A stretch of 64,000 nt of DNA from Pseudomonadota bacterium (GTDB lineage: Bacteria > Desulfobacterota > Syntrophia > Syntrophales > UBA8958), in NCBI GenBank assembly GCA_030057915.1, contig JASGUC010000036.1, positions 21,511-85,510 on the forward strand. The letters run 5' to 3'. Shown here in pieces: positions 40,433-53,455 of the stretch; within the stretch, counting starts at the first letter, position 1, and each line of letters begins with the position of its first letter. A program made the translations under genes and the position numbers. The notes under the pieces are model-generated. The model worked only from the letters and a program-made list of their open reading frames with translations, was not told the origin of the DNA and searched no databases.

Positions 40433-41212
40433 TCATCCCTGGCAGCCGGGACAGTAATACGTGCCCCGGCCGCCAAGCTTCCGACGCTCGATGCGGGCCG
40501 GACAGCGGTAGCAGGTCTTCCCTTCCCGGCCATAGACCCGCAACCGCCGCTGGTATTCGCCGGGACGACCAAAGAGATCCCGCCAGTCGGAGATGCTCGT
40601 TCCCCGGCAATATACCGCCTCCCTGAGGATCCTCGCCGCCGCGGCGGCAATCCGTTCCCATTCGATGGTGGTCACCTCGCCGGCGCGGCGCCAGGGACTG
40701 ACGGCCGCGGCGAACAGGATCTCGCAGGCATAGATATTCCCCATCCCCGGCATTGCCTGCTGGTCCAGGAGAAAGGCCTTCACGGGCAGGCGTCGCCCGC
40801 GGGCCCGGGCCCGGATGTCCGGGATGTCCAGTCCCGCCAGCAGGTTCGCGGTCTGTTTCCGGAGGGCGGCGGGGGCCCAATGCCAGGTCAGCGTGGCGAA
40901 ACGGCGGGGATCGATGCAGAGGACCTCCCCGGCTTCGAAGACGATGCCGAAACGGGCATGGGGCGGGATGATGTCTCCCGGGGACCGCCAGTGAAGCCGC
41001 CCGGACATCCGGAGATGAATGTGGATCGCCGGGCCTCCGAGATCGATCTCCACCCCCTTGCCGGCCCGCCGCACCGCCCGGACCCCGCGGTCGATCGCAT
41101 CGGGAAGGGGGTCGAGCTTCTCGTCGAAGATCCGCACCGCCCGGACACGCTCCCCGGCGAGCACGTTTCCGAGCTGGCGGATCAGGGTCTCTATCTCGGG
41201 AAGTTCCGGCAT
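40433..41212 (-). CDS. mutM: formamidopyrimidine-DNA glycosylase
   Basis: N-terminal MPELPEIE and a C-terminal CxxC-x16-CxxC zinc finger. Confidence 0.93.
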   Translation of the reverse strand: MPELPEIETLIRQLGNVLAGERVRAVRIFDEKLDPLPDAIDRGVRAVRRAGKGVEIDLGGPAIHIHLRMSGRLHWRSPGDIIPPHARFGIVFEAGEVLCIDPRRFATLTWHWAPAALRKQTANLLAGLDIPDIRARARGRRLPVKAFLLDQQAMPGMGNIYACEILFAAAVSPWRRAGEVTTIEWERIAAAAARILREAVYCRGTSISDWRDLFGRPGEYQRRLRVYGREGKTCYRCPARIERRKLGGRGTYYCPGCQG

Positions 41213-41221
41213 GTCCCCCTC

Positions 41222-42916
41222 CTACAGCACCCCGGAACGGATGATGAAATACAACAGGGCCAGACCGAGGAAGCCCGCCAGGGAGAAACCCAGGAGGCCG
41301 ATGACGGACAGGCCAAATATGGAGGGGCCGATCTCGGCGGCCAGGAGCAGGGATGAGCCCACGACGAGCGCCGCGACGATCAGGGCGAAGGCCAGGCGGT
41401 TGGACGACCGGTTTAGCTCCGAGACGAGACGTTCCAGGCCCCGGTGCTCGAAGCCGATTTGCAGCTTGCCCTCCCGGAGCTGCCGCAGGGCGATCCCCAT
41501 GCCCTCGGGGAGATCCCGGAGATGGCCCAACAGCGCCGTCGTGGCATCGCAGACCCGAAGGAGGAGCTGTTTCGGCTGGAGGCGCTCCGCGACAAGGCGC
41601 TTTATGAAGGGACGCACCTTCACGGTAATATCGAAATCCGGGTCCAACTGGAGGCCGATGCCTTCCACCTGGGTCATGGCCTTGATCATGAAGAAGATGT
41701 CCGGGGGCAGGCGCAGTCGATACCGGGAGACGAGTTCGATCAGATCCTCCAGAATCTCGCCGATCCGGACTTCCTTCAGGGGCTTATAGAGATGCAGATC
41801 GGCGAAAGTGGCGATGTCCCGCTCCAGGCGCCTTCGGTTTGGGGCCTGCTGGAATTCCACGATCTTCAGAACGGCATCGGTGATCCTGGGGACATCCCGG
41901 GAGACATAGGCCAGGATGACCTCGGTGAAGTGTTCCCGGTCTCGGGCGTCCAGATGGCCCATCATGCCGAAATCGAGGATGCCAATCACGTTGCCGGGGA
42001 GAACGAACATGTTGGCCGGGTGGGGATCGGCATGAAAAAACCCGTGGATAAAGACCTGTTCCAGGATAAGCTCCGTGCCCCGGGCCGCCAGCAGGGCGCG
42101 ATCATGGCCCCGGGCCTCCAGGAGCGCGATGTCGTTGATCTTGATTCCCTCGATGTACTCCATGGTGAGGAGCCGTTCCGTCGAGGCATGGCGGAATACC
42201 CGGGGGACATAAATGGCGGGGTTGCCCCGAAACTGGCGGGCGAAGCGTTCCGCATGGGAGGCCTCCAGGTTGAAGTTGATTTCCTTGCGGATCGTCCGGG
42301 CAAACTCCTCGACGATCATCGTGGGACGATAGAGGCGGACTTCCTCGATATGCCTCTCCAACAGACCGGCGAGTTGGAAGAGGATGCCCAAGTCCTCCCC
42401 GATGGTCTTGGGGACCCCCGGGCGCTGGATCTTGACCGCCACGTCCTCGCCGGTGATCAGCCGGGCCCGGTGCACCTGGGCGATGGAGGCGGCGGCTAGG
42501 GGAAGCTCCGCGAAGGCGGCGAAGACCTCCTCCAGAGGGGCCTGGAGTTCCTCCTCGACGATGGCCCGCGCCTGGGCGAAGGGAAAGGGGGGCACCTCGT
42601 CCTGGAGTTTGGCCAGTTCTTCCACCAGTTCGATGGGGATCAAGTCGGGTCGGGTGGAAAGGACCTGTCCCATCTTCACGAAGGTCGGCCCCAGCTCTTC
42701 GCAGACTCGGCGAATCCGTTCGTAATTGCTCAGGGTTTCGACTTCCTTCCGCTGCCGGCGGGACAGGAGGCGCGCCCCCCGCTCGATGTAACGACCGAGA
42801 TTCAACCGGTCAACGATCCCGTCAAAACCGTATTTGAACAATACCGTCAGGATCTGGGAGTAACGGTTGATATTGCGGTAGGCGCGGGCGATGCCGCTCA
42901 GACGGCGAAGTCGCAT
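41222..42916 (-). CDS. ABC1/UbiB-family atypical protein kinase with C-terminal TM helices
   Basis: 564 aa with ABC1 blocks (AAASIAQVHRA, HADPHPANMFV). Confidence 0.9.
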   Translation of the reverse strand: MRLRRLSGIARAYRNINRYSQILTVLFKYGFDGIVDRLNLGRYIERGARLLSRRQRKEVETLSNYERIRRVCEELGPTFVKMGQVLSTRPDLIPIELVEELAKLQDEVPPFPFAQARAIVEEELQAPLEEVFAAFAELPLAAASIAQVHRARLITGEDVAVKIQRPGVPKTIGEDLGILFQLAGLLERHIEEVRLYRPTMIVEEFARTIRKEINFNLEASHAERFARQFRGNPAIYVPRVFRHASTERLLTMEYIEGIKINDIALLEARGHDRALLAARGTELILEQVFIHGFFHADPHPANMFVLPGNVIGILDFGMMGHLDARDREHFTEVILAYVSRDVPRITDAVLKIVEFQQAPNRRRLERDIATFADLHLYKPLKEVRIGEILEDLIELVSRYRLRLPPDIFFMIKAMTQVEGIGLQLDPDFDITVKVRPFIKRLVAERLQPKQLLLRVCDATTALLGHLRDLPEGMGIALRQLREGKLQIGFEHRGLERLVSELNRSSNRLAFALIVAALVVGSSLLLAAEIGPSIFGLSVIGLLGFSLAGFLGLALLYFIIRSGVL

Positions 42917-43065
42917 AAGTTATCGTTATCTATTATCTCTCGACATGTTGCGGCCGGGTGGCCGGTGAAGGGGCGAGGGGCCTCCTCGCCATCCATGTGG
43001 GAATGGGCCGGTCAAGCCATCCCCCATGGCCCTATCGCCGCCGGAGGTTCAGGCGGGCGCCCAGG

Positions 43066-43356
43066 CTAATTCGCCTGTTCCAGTTTGGCCAGCCGTTCCT
43101 TGAGTTCTTCCAATTCGGAACGGGTGGGCAGGTTCATCCGGCGCAGCGCCTTGTCAACCATCGCCTCCGTCTTCACCTCCATCTCCCGGCGGGCCAACTT
43201 CGACCTTTCCATCCATTCCCCAAGGATTTCCCGGGCCTCTTTTTCCGATATTTCCCCCTTCCTTACGAGTTCTTCCGCAAAGTCCCTCATCTTCTCCGTG
43301 GTCATTACGGCAAGGCCGGCGCCAAAGAGAACCGCTTTCCTCAATGCGTCAAACAT
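43066..43356 (-). CDS. phasin-like / COG3937-type small coiled-coil protein
   Basis: 96 aa starting MFDALRKAVLFGAG. AGGAG lies upstream of ATG 43356. It sits upstream of the ABC1 kinase, as is common for this pair. Family call is from memory. Confidence 0.5.
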   Translation of the reverse strand: MFDALRKAVLFGAGLAVMTTEKMRDFAEELVRKGEISEKEAREILGEWMERSKLARREMEVKTEAMVDKALRRMNLPTRSELEELKERLAKLEQAN

Positions 43357-43410
43357 AGCCCTATCTCCTTTCCTTCCCCGAAACGCCAGGGGTCGAAAAA
43401 ACCTGGCTTT

Positions 43411-43542
43411 GAGACCCTTGACCATCTCCGCCTTCCCGTGGCCCCGACCAGAGACGGCTTCCAGAACATCTGGAAAACGCCGTATTCATTCCGCCGCCGG
43501 AATTGCGACCGGGAGTCGGCAACGGCGTTTTTCAAAGTCCTC
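43411..43542 (+). repeat. R1 repeat, forward copy
   Basis: GAGACCCTTGACCATC...CTGGAAAACGCCGTATTCATTCCGCCGCCGGAAT...GTTTTTCAAAGTCCTC. Confidence 0.7.
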
Positions 43543-43824
43543 GCCTCATCAATGGTCCTTCTCCCTTCCCGCCGTTTTCCTGGCCTTTTCACGCGGACCT
43601 CCCAGCGCCTTGGCCATCGCCCCGCCATGGGCGTCGTCGTTAGCGGCGCCGACGGGAAAAGCGTAGCCCCATCGGTGGAAAAAGTCAATAAACATGAAGG
43701 TTATTTAGATGAGGTTTGCAGTTGGCCCTGACGTATGATAAGCACAAGGCCCGCCGCGCCGGGAAGCGCGACGGGCCTTGCCGGGAGACCGGCGGACAGT
43801 GATGTTTAAGGAGAAAAGGCGAAA

Positions 43825-46050
43825 ATGGGTGCGGCAATGGAAGCGGCGGCGGAGATCATCAACAAGGCGAAGGCGGCGGGAAGAGCGAACCTCACGGAGG
43901 CGGAATCGAAACAGGTCCTGAAGGCCTACGGCGTTCCCGTCGTGGCGGAGGAAACGGCGGCGTCCCTGGAGGAGGCCATAGCGGCGGCGGGAAGGATCGG
44001 ATACCCCGTGGCGCTCAAGGGACTGGGCGTCCGGTTGACCCACAAGACGGAGCGGGGCCTGGTGCGCCTGAAACTACGGGACCCAGAGGAGGTGCGGGCG
44101 GCGGCGGAGGCAGTCATGGACGGCGCCGGGGCGGACCTGGAGGGCTTCCTCGTCCAACCCATGGTAGAGGGTCGCCGGGAGTTCGTGGCCGGCCTTTTCC
44201 GCGATCCCCAGTTCGGTCCGGTGGTCATGTTCGGTCTGGGGGGCATCTTCACGGAGGCCCTGGACGACGTCGTCTTCCGGGTGGCGCCGGTGAGCGAGGC
44301 CCAGGCCGAGGCCATGCTGGATGAATTGCACTCCCGGAAACTCCTGGGTCCATTTCGCGGCGAGGCGCCGGCGGACCGCCGCGGGCTCGTCGCGGCCATC
44401 CTCGGATTGTCCCGGCTGGGTCTGAGCGCCACGGACATCGCCGAAATAGACGTCAATCCCCTGCTTATCGACCCCCAGGGGAAGGTGCGCGCCGTGGACG
44501 CCCTGATCGTCCTGGGAGAACGCCCGGCGGCCGATGAGCCGCGTCCGCCGGTAAAGGTGGAGGATATCCATCGGATCTTCCATCCCCGGTCCGTGGCCTT
44601 CGTTGGCGCCTCCGCCCAGCTCGGCAAATGGGGGCATCTGCTCATGACCGACCTGGTCACGGGCGGATACGAGGGGGAGATCTACCTGGTCAACGCCAAG
44701 GGTCAGGACATCGCCGGCCGCAAGACCTATCCTTCCGTGGCCCACATCCCCGACCCCGTGGATCTCGCCATCGTTACGCTGCCGGCGTCCCAGGTGCGGG
44801 ACCTGATCCCTAAATTCAAGGCCAAGGGGATCAAGAACATGCTCCTCATCTCCTCCGGCTTCAGCGAGGTAGGCGCGGAAGGCCGGGAGATGGAAAGGGA
44901 GTTGGTCCGGGAAGCCGCCGCTTCCGGTGTGGTGATCCTGGGACCCAACACCATGGGCATCCTCAACCCGCACCAGAAGTTCTACTGCACCGGGACCCCC
45001 GTATGGCCCAAGGCGGGCGCCATCGGACTGGTGGCCCAGTCGGGAAATCTGGGCACCCAGCTTTTGGCCTTTGCCGAACGGGAGGGGATCGGCATCCGGC
45101 TCTTCTCCGGCTCGGGTAACGAGGCGATGATCACCATCGAGGACTATCTCAACGGCTTCGAGGTGGATGAGCTGACCAAGACCGTGGTCCTGTATATCGA
45201 GAGCATCAAGGATGGTCGGCGCTTCTTCACCGCCGCCCGACGGGTGGCGAGGAAAAAACCGGTGATCGTCCTGAAGGGCGGCCGCACCACCGCGGGCAAC
45301 CGCGCCGCCGCCAGCCATACCGGTGCCCTGGCGGCCAATATCAGGATCTTCAACGCCGCCTGCCGTCAGACCGGCGTGGTGGTCGCGGATCAGCCCATGG
45401 ACCTCCTCGATCTGTCCGCGGCCTTTTCCTCCCTCCCCCTGCCGAAGGGTAAACGGGTGGCCATGCTCACCCTGGGCGGCGGCTGGGGGGTGGTGGCCTC
45501 GGACCTCTGCATCGAATCGGGACTGGAGGCGCCCCCCCTCACCCCCGAGGTCATCGCGGAGATCGACAAGCTTTTGCCCCCCTACTGGAGTCGTTCCAAT
45601 CCGGTGGATCTGGTGGGCCAGTTCGATCCGGCCATCCCCCTGCGGGTTCTGGAAACCCTGGTCAAATGGGACCAATGCGACGCGGTGCTTCATCTGGGAG
45701 CGGTGGGCCGGAACTACTTCGTCCGCAACATGGCGAAGGCGGTCGCGACGGCCGATCCCACCTATCCGGAAGCGTTCGTCAACCTGGGGGTGGAACGGGA
45801 GGCCCGGGGAGAGGAGGCCTTTTATAAAAGGAGCGCCGAGCTGATGGAAAGATACGGGAAACCGATCCTGGGGGTCATCCTGCTCGAGGACGAAAACACC
45901 AAGACGGTCACGGACGTGCCGGGAAGCCCCTACAAGGGGGTGACCTTCCTGACCCCGGAGCGGGCCGTCAAGGCCCTGGCCCGGATGGCGGAGTACCAGG
46001 CCTGGCTGGCCCGGGAAGAGCGGCAGGAGAAGAGGCGGCAGTCGGCCTGA
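43825..46050 (+). CDS. ADP-forming acetyl/acyl-CoA synthetase, fused ATP-grasp + CoA-binding/ligase domains
   Basis: 741 aa with an N-terminal ATP-grasp (KQVLKAYGVPV), a CoA-binding domain (SVAFVGAS...GKWG) and the phosphohistidine loop ASHTGALA. Confidence 0.88.
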   Translation: MGAAMEAAAEIINKAKAAGRANLTEAESKQVLKAYGVPVVAEETAASLEEAIAAAGRIGYPVALKGLGVRLTHKTERGLVRLKLRDPEEVRAAAEAVMDGAGADLEGFLVQPMVEGRREFVAGLFRDPQFGPVVMFGLGGIFTEALDDVVFRVAPVSEAQAEAMLDELHSRKLLGPFRGEAPADRRGLVAAILGLSRLGLSATDIAEIDVNPLLIDPQGKVRAVDALIVLGERPAADEPRPPVKVEDIHRIFHPRSVAFVGASAQLGKWGHLLMTDLVTGGYEGEIYLVNAKGQDIAGRKTYPSVAHIPDPVDLAIVTLPASQVRDLIPKFKAKGIKNMLLISSGFSEVGAEGREMERELVREAAASGVVILGPNTMGILNPHQKFYCTGTPVWPKAGAIGLVAQSGNLGTQLLAFAEREGIGIRLFSGSGNEAMITIEDYLNGFEVDELTKTVVLYIESIKDGRRFFTAARRVARKKPVIVLKGGRTTAGNRAAASHTGALAANIRIFNAACRQTGVVVADQPMDLLDLSAAFSSLPLPKGKRVAMLTLGGGWGVVASDLCIESGLEAPPLTPEVIAEIDKLLPPYWSRSNPVDLVGQFDPAIPLRVLETLVKWDQCDAVLHLGAVGRNYFVRNMAKAVATADPTYPEAFVNLGVEREARGEEAFYKRSAELMERYGKPILGVILLEDENTKTVTDVPGSPYKGVTFLTPERAVKALARMAEYQAWLAREERQEKRRQSA

Positions 46051-46238
46051 GCCTCTTCCCGAGCCACCCCGGCCGGAGGCGCCGCATGGCGCGGCGACTT
46101 GTGCGAACCTCGCCGTCCCCGTCCCGCCGGGGGAGGCAAGACGGCGCGGGGAACAGGACGGCGGCGTCATATGTGACCGGGGCGTGCATCCCCATGGACG
46201 ACGGGATGTTGGCCTAAGCCGGGAGAAGGATTCGGGGT

Positions 46239-46844
46239 TCACACATCGACGATGAAGACCCCCCGCCAGCCGTCTGGCGTTTCCCTGACCTCGGCCTGGT
46301 GATAGGTAACGGCCTTGACCTCGGCGAGGAGATGACGCCGGGGATCGAAGGCCTCGCCCAGGCACCGGGCGGTGAGCAGCAAGCCCGCGCCCTCATCCCC
46401 TCCCGTCGGCCCGTCCGGCGAAACCGACGCCGCGTCCGGCGTTGACCCGGAGGCCGCGGGTCGCCGCCGATGCGGAGGCGTGCCGTCTTCCCCAGGCGGG
46501 GATGCGGATAACGCGGAGGCCTCCGCCGGGCCCGGGGGACCGCCGGCCTCGCCGTCTGGACCCGCCCCGGCGGCGGTGCGGGAAAAGGCGATGTCTCTCA
46601 CTTCCCGGACGATGAACCCTTCACCGTTGAGCAGATAGAGGATATCGCGGAGGTAATTGATCCACAGGTCCGTCGGATCCGCGCCTTCAACGCGGATCGC
46701 CCTCTCGCCGGCGGGCGTGACGGCGGCACTCTCCACACAGAGGGAGAGGAGGGCCGCGGCCCCCTGCCGGAAGAGGTCGGCCAGGGTCGCCCCCCGGGCC
46801 TCGACGCCCATATCGGCGGTATGGTCGATGATGCGGAAACTCAT
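46239..46844 (-). CDS. archease-like protein with a ~66-aa low-complexity insertion
   Basis: N-terminal FRIIDHTADMGVEA and C-terminal VKAVTYHQAEV...VFIVDV match the archease pattern. The central 46383-46580 encodes a Pro/Gly/Ala/Ser-rich tract. Confidence 0.65.
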   Translation of the reverse strand: MSFRIIDHTADMGVEARGATLADLFRQGAAALLSLCVESAAVTPAGERAIRVEGADPTDLWINYLRDILYLLNGEGFIVREVRDIAFSRTAAGAGPDGEAGGPPGPAEASALSASPPGEDGTPPHRRRPAASGSTPDAASVSPDGPTGGDEGAGLLLTARCLGEAFDPRRHLLAEVKAVTYHQAEVRETPDGWRGVFIVDV

Positions 46845-46877
46845 CCCGATCTTCCGTCTCCCCGCGTTGGCCCGGGA

Positions 46878-46996
46878 GAGACCCCTGCAGGTCTAACCTT
46901 TCCTGTCGCCCCGGAAAAATCCAGGGCCGTAAACACCTCAAAAACGAAAGATTCCACTGGGATGACGATAGGGACCCTGGAAACGGAGCGCCCCTC
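46878..46996 (+). repeat. R1 repeat, forward copy with degenerate right end
   Basis: GAGACCCCTGCAGGTCTAACCTTTCCTGTCGCCCCGGAAAAATCCAGGGCC... Confidence 0.6.
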
Positions 46997-47013
46997 TTGG
47001 CCCTGGGGCCTGA

Positions 47014-49524
47014 CTAATCGTCCGTATCGAAGAGATCTCCATTCCCGGAGCCCCCGGACATCTCCTCGACGCCGTTGCCCGGGCTTTCCTCCGTCTCCTC
47101 CTCCCGCTCCACCCGGGCGACGCCTACAAGGCGTTCGTTCTCCTCCAGATCTATGAGCTTCACCCCCTGGGTGCTCCGGCGTATCAGGGAGACCTCCCCG
47201 ACCCGGAAGCGGATGATCTTTCCCGCGTCGCTGATGAGCATCAGGTCCTCATCCCCCGTCACCTGACAGATGCCGGTGACGTTGCCCACCCGGGGCGTCG
47301 TGCGGAGGTTGATGATCCCTTTGCCGCCCCGGCTCTGGAGGCGGTATTCGCTTACCGCCGTGCGCTTGCCGTAACCCCGCTCCGTAATGGTGGCGATGGC
47401 GCTTCCCTCCGCGGGGATCTCCATGCCCACCACCGCATCCCCCTCGTCGAGACTGATCCCCCGGACCCCCCGGGCCCCCCGGCCCATCTCCCGCACATCC
47501 GCCTCGTGGAAGCGGATCGCCTTGCCCTGATGGGTTCCAAGAAAGATGTCCTGGTCGCCCAGGGTCAACTGAACGTCTATGAGTTCGTCTCCCGAGTCGA
47601 TGCCGATGGCGATGATCCCGGTGCTCCGGGGATTGGAAAAGGCCGCGAGATTGGTCTTCTTGATCACCCCCTGCCTGGTGACCATGACGACGTTGCGCTC
47701 CTCGGAAAATTCCTTCACGGGGAGGATGGCCGCCACCCGTTCGCCCGCGGCGAGGCTGATGAGGTTGACGATGGCCTTGCCCCGCGCCGCACGACCCGCC
47801 TGGGGGATTTGATAGACCTTGAGCCAGTAAACCTTCCCGAAGCTGGAAAAGATGAGGATGTACTGGTGCGTGGAGGCGACGAAGATCCTCTCCACGAAAT
47901 CCTCTTCCTTAGTGCCCATGCCCACCTTGCCGCGACCACCGCGGCGCTGGCTCCGGTAGAGGCTCACGGGGTTCCGTTTCACGTAGCCGGAGTGGGATAC
48001 GGTTACGACCATGTCTTCCTCTACGATGAGATCCTCGATGTCGATGTCGTCGGAATTGACCACGATCTCCGTGCGTCGGTCGTCGCCGTAACGGGCCCGG
48101 ACGTCTTCCAGCTCGGCGACGATCACCTCCAAGACCCGGTGGGGATGATCGAGAATATCCTGCAAATAGGCGATCTGTTTGATCAATTCCGCGTGTTCGG
48201 CGTCGATTTTATCCCTCTCCAATCCGGTGAGGCGCTGGAGGCGCATCTCCAGGATCGCCCGGGCCTGGGGCGCCGTAAGGCCGAAGCGGGTCCCCAGGGC
48301 CGCGGCGGCTTCCTGGGGATTCGCCGCGGCCTTGATAACGGCGACCACGGCGTCGATATTGTTAAGGGCAACGATGAGCCCCGCCAGGATGTGGGCCCTC
48401 TCCGCGGCCTTGGCCAGCTCGAAACGGGTCCGGCGGACGACGACCTGTTTGCGAAAATCGATGAAGCTCTGGAGGACCTCCTTGAGATTGAAAACCCGGG
48501 GTTGTTTGTTGTCGATGGCCAGCATGATGACGCCGAAGGAGGATTCCATCTGGGTGTGTTTGTAGAGTTGGTTGAGGATGACGCCGGAAACCTCGTCCCG
48601 TTTCAGATCTAGAACCACCCGGATGCCATCCCGATCCGATTCGTCTCGGAGATCGGCGATGCCCTCGATCTTCCTGTCCTTGACGAGTTCCGATATCTTC
48701 TCGATAAGATTGGCCTTGTTGACCTGATAAGGAAGTTCCGTAACGACGATGCTCTCCCGATCGTTCCGGGCGTTGCGCTCGATCATGGCCCGGGCGCGGA
48801 TCCGGATGCTCCCCCGGCCGGTGCGGTAGGCGGAGAGGATGCCCTCCCGGCCGTTGATGAATCCCGCCGTGGGGAAGTCCGGTCCGGGGATGTAGCCCAT
48901 AAGTTCCTCGATGCTCAGATCGGGATTGTGGATCAGGGCGATCGTACCGTCCACCACCTCCTGGAGGTTGTGCGGGGGGATGTTCGTCGCCACCCCCACG
49001 GCGATGCCGGCGGCGCCGTTGAGGAGGAGCGTGGGGATCTTGGCGGGCATGACCCCGGGCTCCATGAGGGACTCGTCGTAGTTTGGCGTGAAATCCACCG
49101 TATCCTTGTCGAGATCCGCCAGGATCTCCTCGGCGATTCTCGACATGCGAATCTCGGTGTAACGCATCGCCGCCGGCGGGTCGCCGTCCAGGGAGCCGAA
49201 GTTGCCCTGGCCGTCCACGAGGAGATAGCGCATGCTGAAGTCCTGGGCCATGCGGACGATGGTGTCGTAGGCCGCCTGGTCGCCGTGGGGGTGGTACTTG
49301 CCGATGATGTCGCCGACGATGCGCGCCGATTTCTTGTAGGGGCGGTTCCAGCGGTTCCCCATCTCGTTCATGGCAAAGAGGACCCGGCGGTGCACCGGCT
49401 TCAGGCCGTCCCGGACGTCGGGGATAGCCCGGCCGATGATGACGCTCATGGCGTAGTCCATGTAGGACTTCTTCATTTCGTCTTCGATGTTTACCGGTAG
49501 GTTCTTCTGGAAGAGATCATCCAT
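47014..49524 (-). CDS. gyrA: DNA gyrase subunit A
   Basis: 836 aa. Active-site region [10 protein letters not shown], a C-terminal beta-pinwheel repeat region and an acidic tail. Confidence 0.98.
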   Translation of the reverse strand: MDDLFQKNLPVNIEDEMKKSYMDYAMSVIIGRAIPDVRDGLKPVHRRVLFAMNEMGNRWNRPYKKSARIVGDIIGKYHPHGDQAAYDTIVRMAQDFSMRYLLVDGQGNFGSLDGDPPAAMRYTEIRMSRIAEEILADLDKDTVDFTPNYDESLMEPGVMPAKIPTLLLNGAAGIAVGVATNIPPHNLQEVVDGTIALIHNPDLSIEELMGYIPGPDFPTAGFINGREGILSAYRTGRGSIRIRARAMIERNARNDRESIVVTELPYQVNKANLIEKISELVKDRKIEGIADLRDESDRDGIRVVLDLKRDEVSGVILNQLYKHTQMESSFGVIMLAIDNKQPRVFNLKEVLQSFIDFRKQVVVRRTRFELAKAAERAHILAGLIVALNNIDAVVAVIKAAANPQEAAAALGTRFGLTAPQARAILEMRLQRLTGLERDKIDAEHAELIKQIAYLQDILDHPHRVLEVIVAELEDVRARYGDDRRTEIVVNSDDIDIEDLIVEEDMVVTVSHSGYVKRNPVSLYRSQRRGGRGKVGMGTKEEDFVERIFVASTHQYILIFSSFGKVYWLKVYQIPQAGRAARGKAIVNLISLAAGERVAAILPVKEFSEERNVVMVTRQGVIKKTNLAAFSNPRSTGIIAIGIDSGDELIDVQLTLGDQDIFLGTHQGKAIRFHEADVREMGRGARGVRGISLDEGDAVVGMEIPAEGSAIATITERGYGKRTAVSEYRLQSRGGKGIINLRTTPRVGNVTGICQVTGDEDLMLISDAGKIIRFRVGEVSLIRRSTQGVKLIDLEENERLVGVARVEREEETEESPGNGVEEMSGGSGNGDLFDTDD

Positions 49525-49715
49525 AATCGTTTAAGTCTCCAAAATTTTATATAAAAACAACCGCTCTCCCCTCCCTTCGCCGCCGATGGCGACGCGTCGT
49601 CGGTTCGGTTGGCGCCGCCTCCGGATGACCGTGACCGGCGTCGAAAAGGGGAAGGTTCTCCTCTGGCGCCCTCTTCCGGAAAACGGAGCGGCAAAGCCAG
49701 CCCTTACCCCGTCTC

Positions 49716-52172
<2,457 letters not shown>

Positions 52173-53300
52173 CTATTCCTTGAGCTTGAGTGGCATGACG
52201 ATGCTGAGGTAATCGTCGTTGCCGACCCCCATGATCACCCCAGGTTTCATCCCCTCGTTGATTTCAAAGCTTACTTCCTCTTCATCCACCGCCTTGATGG
52301 CCTCGATGACATAACGAACATTGTAGGTGTTGGTCAGGTCACCGCCGTTGTAGGACACGGCGATCTCGTCGTTCGCCTCCCCCACGTCGGGGTTGTTTGA
52401 GCTGAGCGCCATCCTGCCGTCGGAGAGTTCGATGACGACGTCGTTGTAATTTTCGTTGGAGACGACACCCATCCTTCTCAGGGCGTGGAGAAGGACATCC
52501 CGGGAGAATATGGCCAGTACGCCCTTATTCTTGGGAATCACCCGGCGATAGTCCGGATAGTCCGCGTCGATGAGACTTACCTTGATGGTAAGATTATCGG
52601 TCTTCATTACGAACATGCCGTGATCGACGCCGATCCACACCGCCTCTTCCGCTTCGGCGATCTTCCTTATTTCTTCCATCCCCTTGCGGGGAACGACGAT
52701 CCCCTTTTCCAAGACCAGACCGCCGGCGGAGCCTACAGGCCCCAGCGCGGAAGACAGCCGGTGTCCGTCCGTGGCCACCATCTTCATGCGGGGCGGGCCA
52801 TCCTCGCCGGATGCCTCGGTCTCGAAGAATACGCCGGTCAGATTCGCACGCATCTCGTCGGTGGACGCGGCAAAGGACGTCTTGCGGACCAGATTGGCGA
52901 GGTCCGCACCGGATACCTTGTATAGAGGGATTTCGTCCACCTCCAGCACCTGGGGATACAGATCCGCCGGCAGCCCCGATATCCGGTAGATCGCTCTGCC
53001 GCTTTTCATCGTCACCTGGTGTTGTTCGTTTTTGATGAACTGCAGGGTGTCATCCTGTGTTTCTTTTATCATTTCAAATAATTTCAGCGCCGAGATGGTT
53101 ATGTCGCCAGGGATGTTTATCTGGGCGTCATAACGGGAGATGAGGCCGATCTCTCGGTTCGTGGCCACGATCTTGATCCGCCCCTCCTCCGTGCGGATGA
53201 GAATATTGTTCAAGATCGGGACGATCGATTTTCGCTCCACGATCCCCAGGGTCTTTTGCACCCCCTCCAGGAATACGTTCCTGTCGATGTGAAATTCCAT
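52173..53300 (-). CDS. dnaN: DNA polymerase III beta sliding clamp
   Basis: 375 aa. Position directly downstream of dnaA, with a typical three-domain length. Confidence 0.96.
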   Translation of the reverse strand: MEFHIDRNVFLEGVQKTLGIVERKSIVPILNNILIRTEEGRIKIVATNREIGLISRYDAQINIPGDITISALKLFEMIKETQDDTLQFIKNEQHQVTMKSGRAIYRISGLPADLYPQVLEVDEIPLYKVSGADLANLVRKTSFAASTDEMRANLTGVFFETEASGEDGPPRMKMVATDGHRLSSALGPVGSAGGLVLEKGIVVPRKGMEEIRKIAEAEEAVWIGVDHGMFVMKTDNLTIKVSLIDADYPDYRRVIPKNKGVLAIFSRDVLLHALRRMGVVSNENYNDVVIELSDGRMALSSNNPDVGEANDEIAVSYNGGDLTNTYNVRYVIEAIKAVDEEEVSFEINEGMKPGVIMGVGNDDYLSIVMPLKLKE

Positions 53301-53455
53301 CCTTGCCTCCTCTCTCCTCCCTTATTATTTTTTATTTTTTATAAAAAAATAGAACCAGTAGTAAGCCCTGTCCACAATGGGGAATGAGACGGAAACCCCT
53401 GTTTTTACCACCTGATTTGTCCCATCGATCTGTCGATAACTCCTTGAGAGCCCCG
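53301..53455. other. dnaA-dnaN intergenic region: candidate oriC / DNA-unwinding element
   Basis: A 30-nt pure A/T run (53322-53351) plus DnaA-box-like CTGTCCACA (53368-53376) and TTATCGACA (reverse complement of 53431-53439). Confidence 0.3.
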
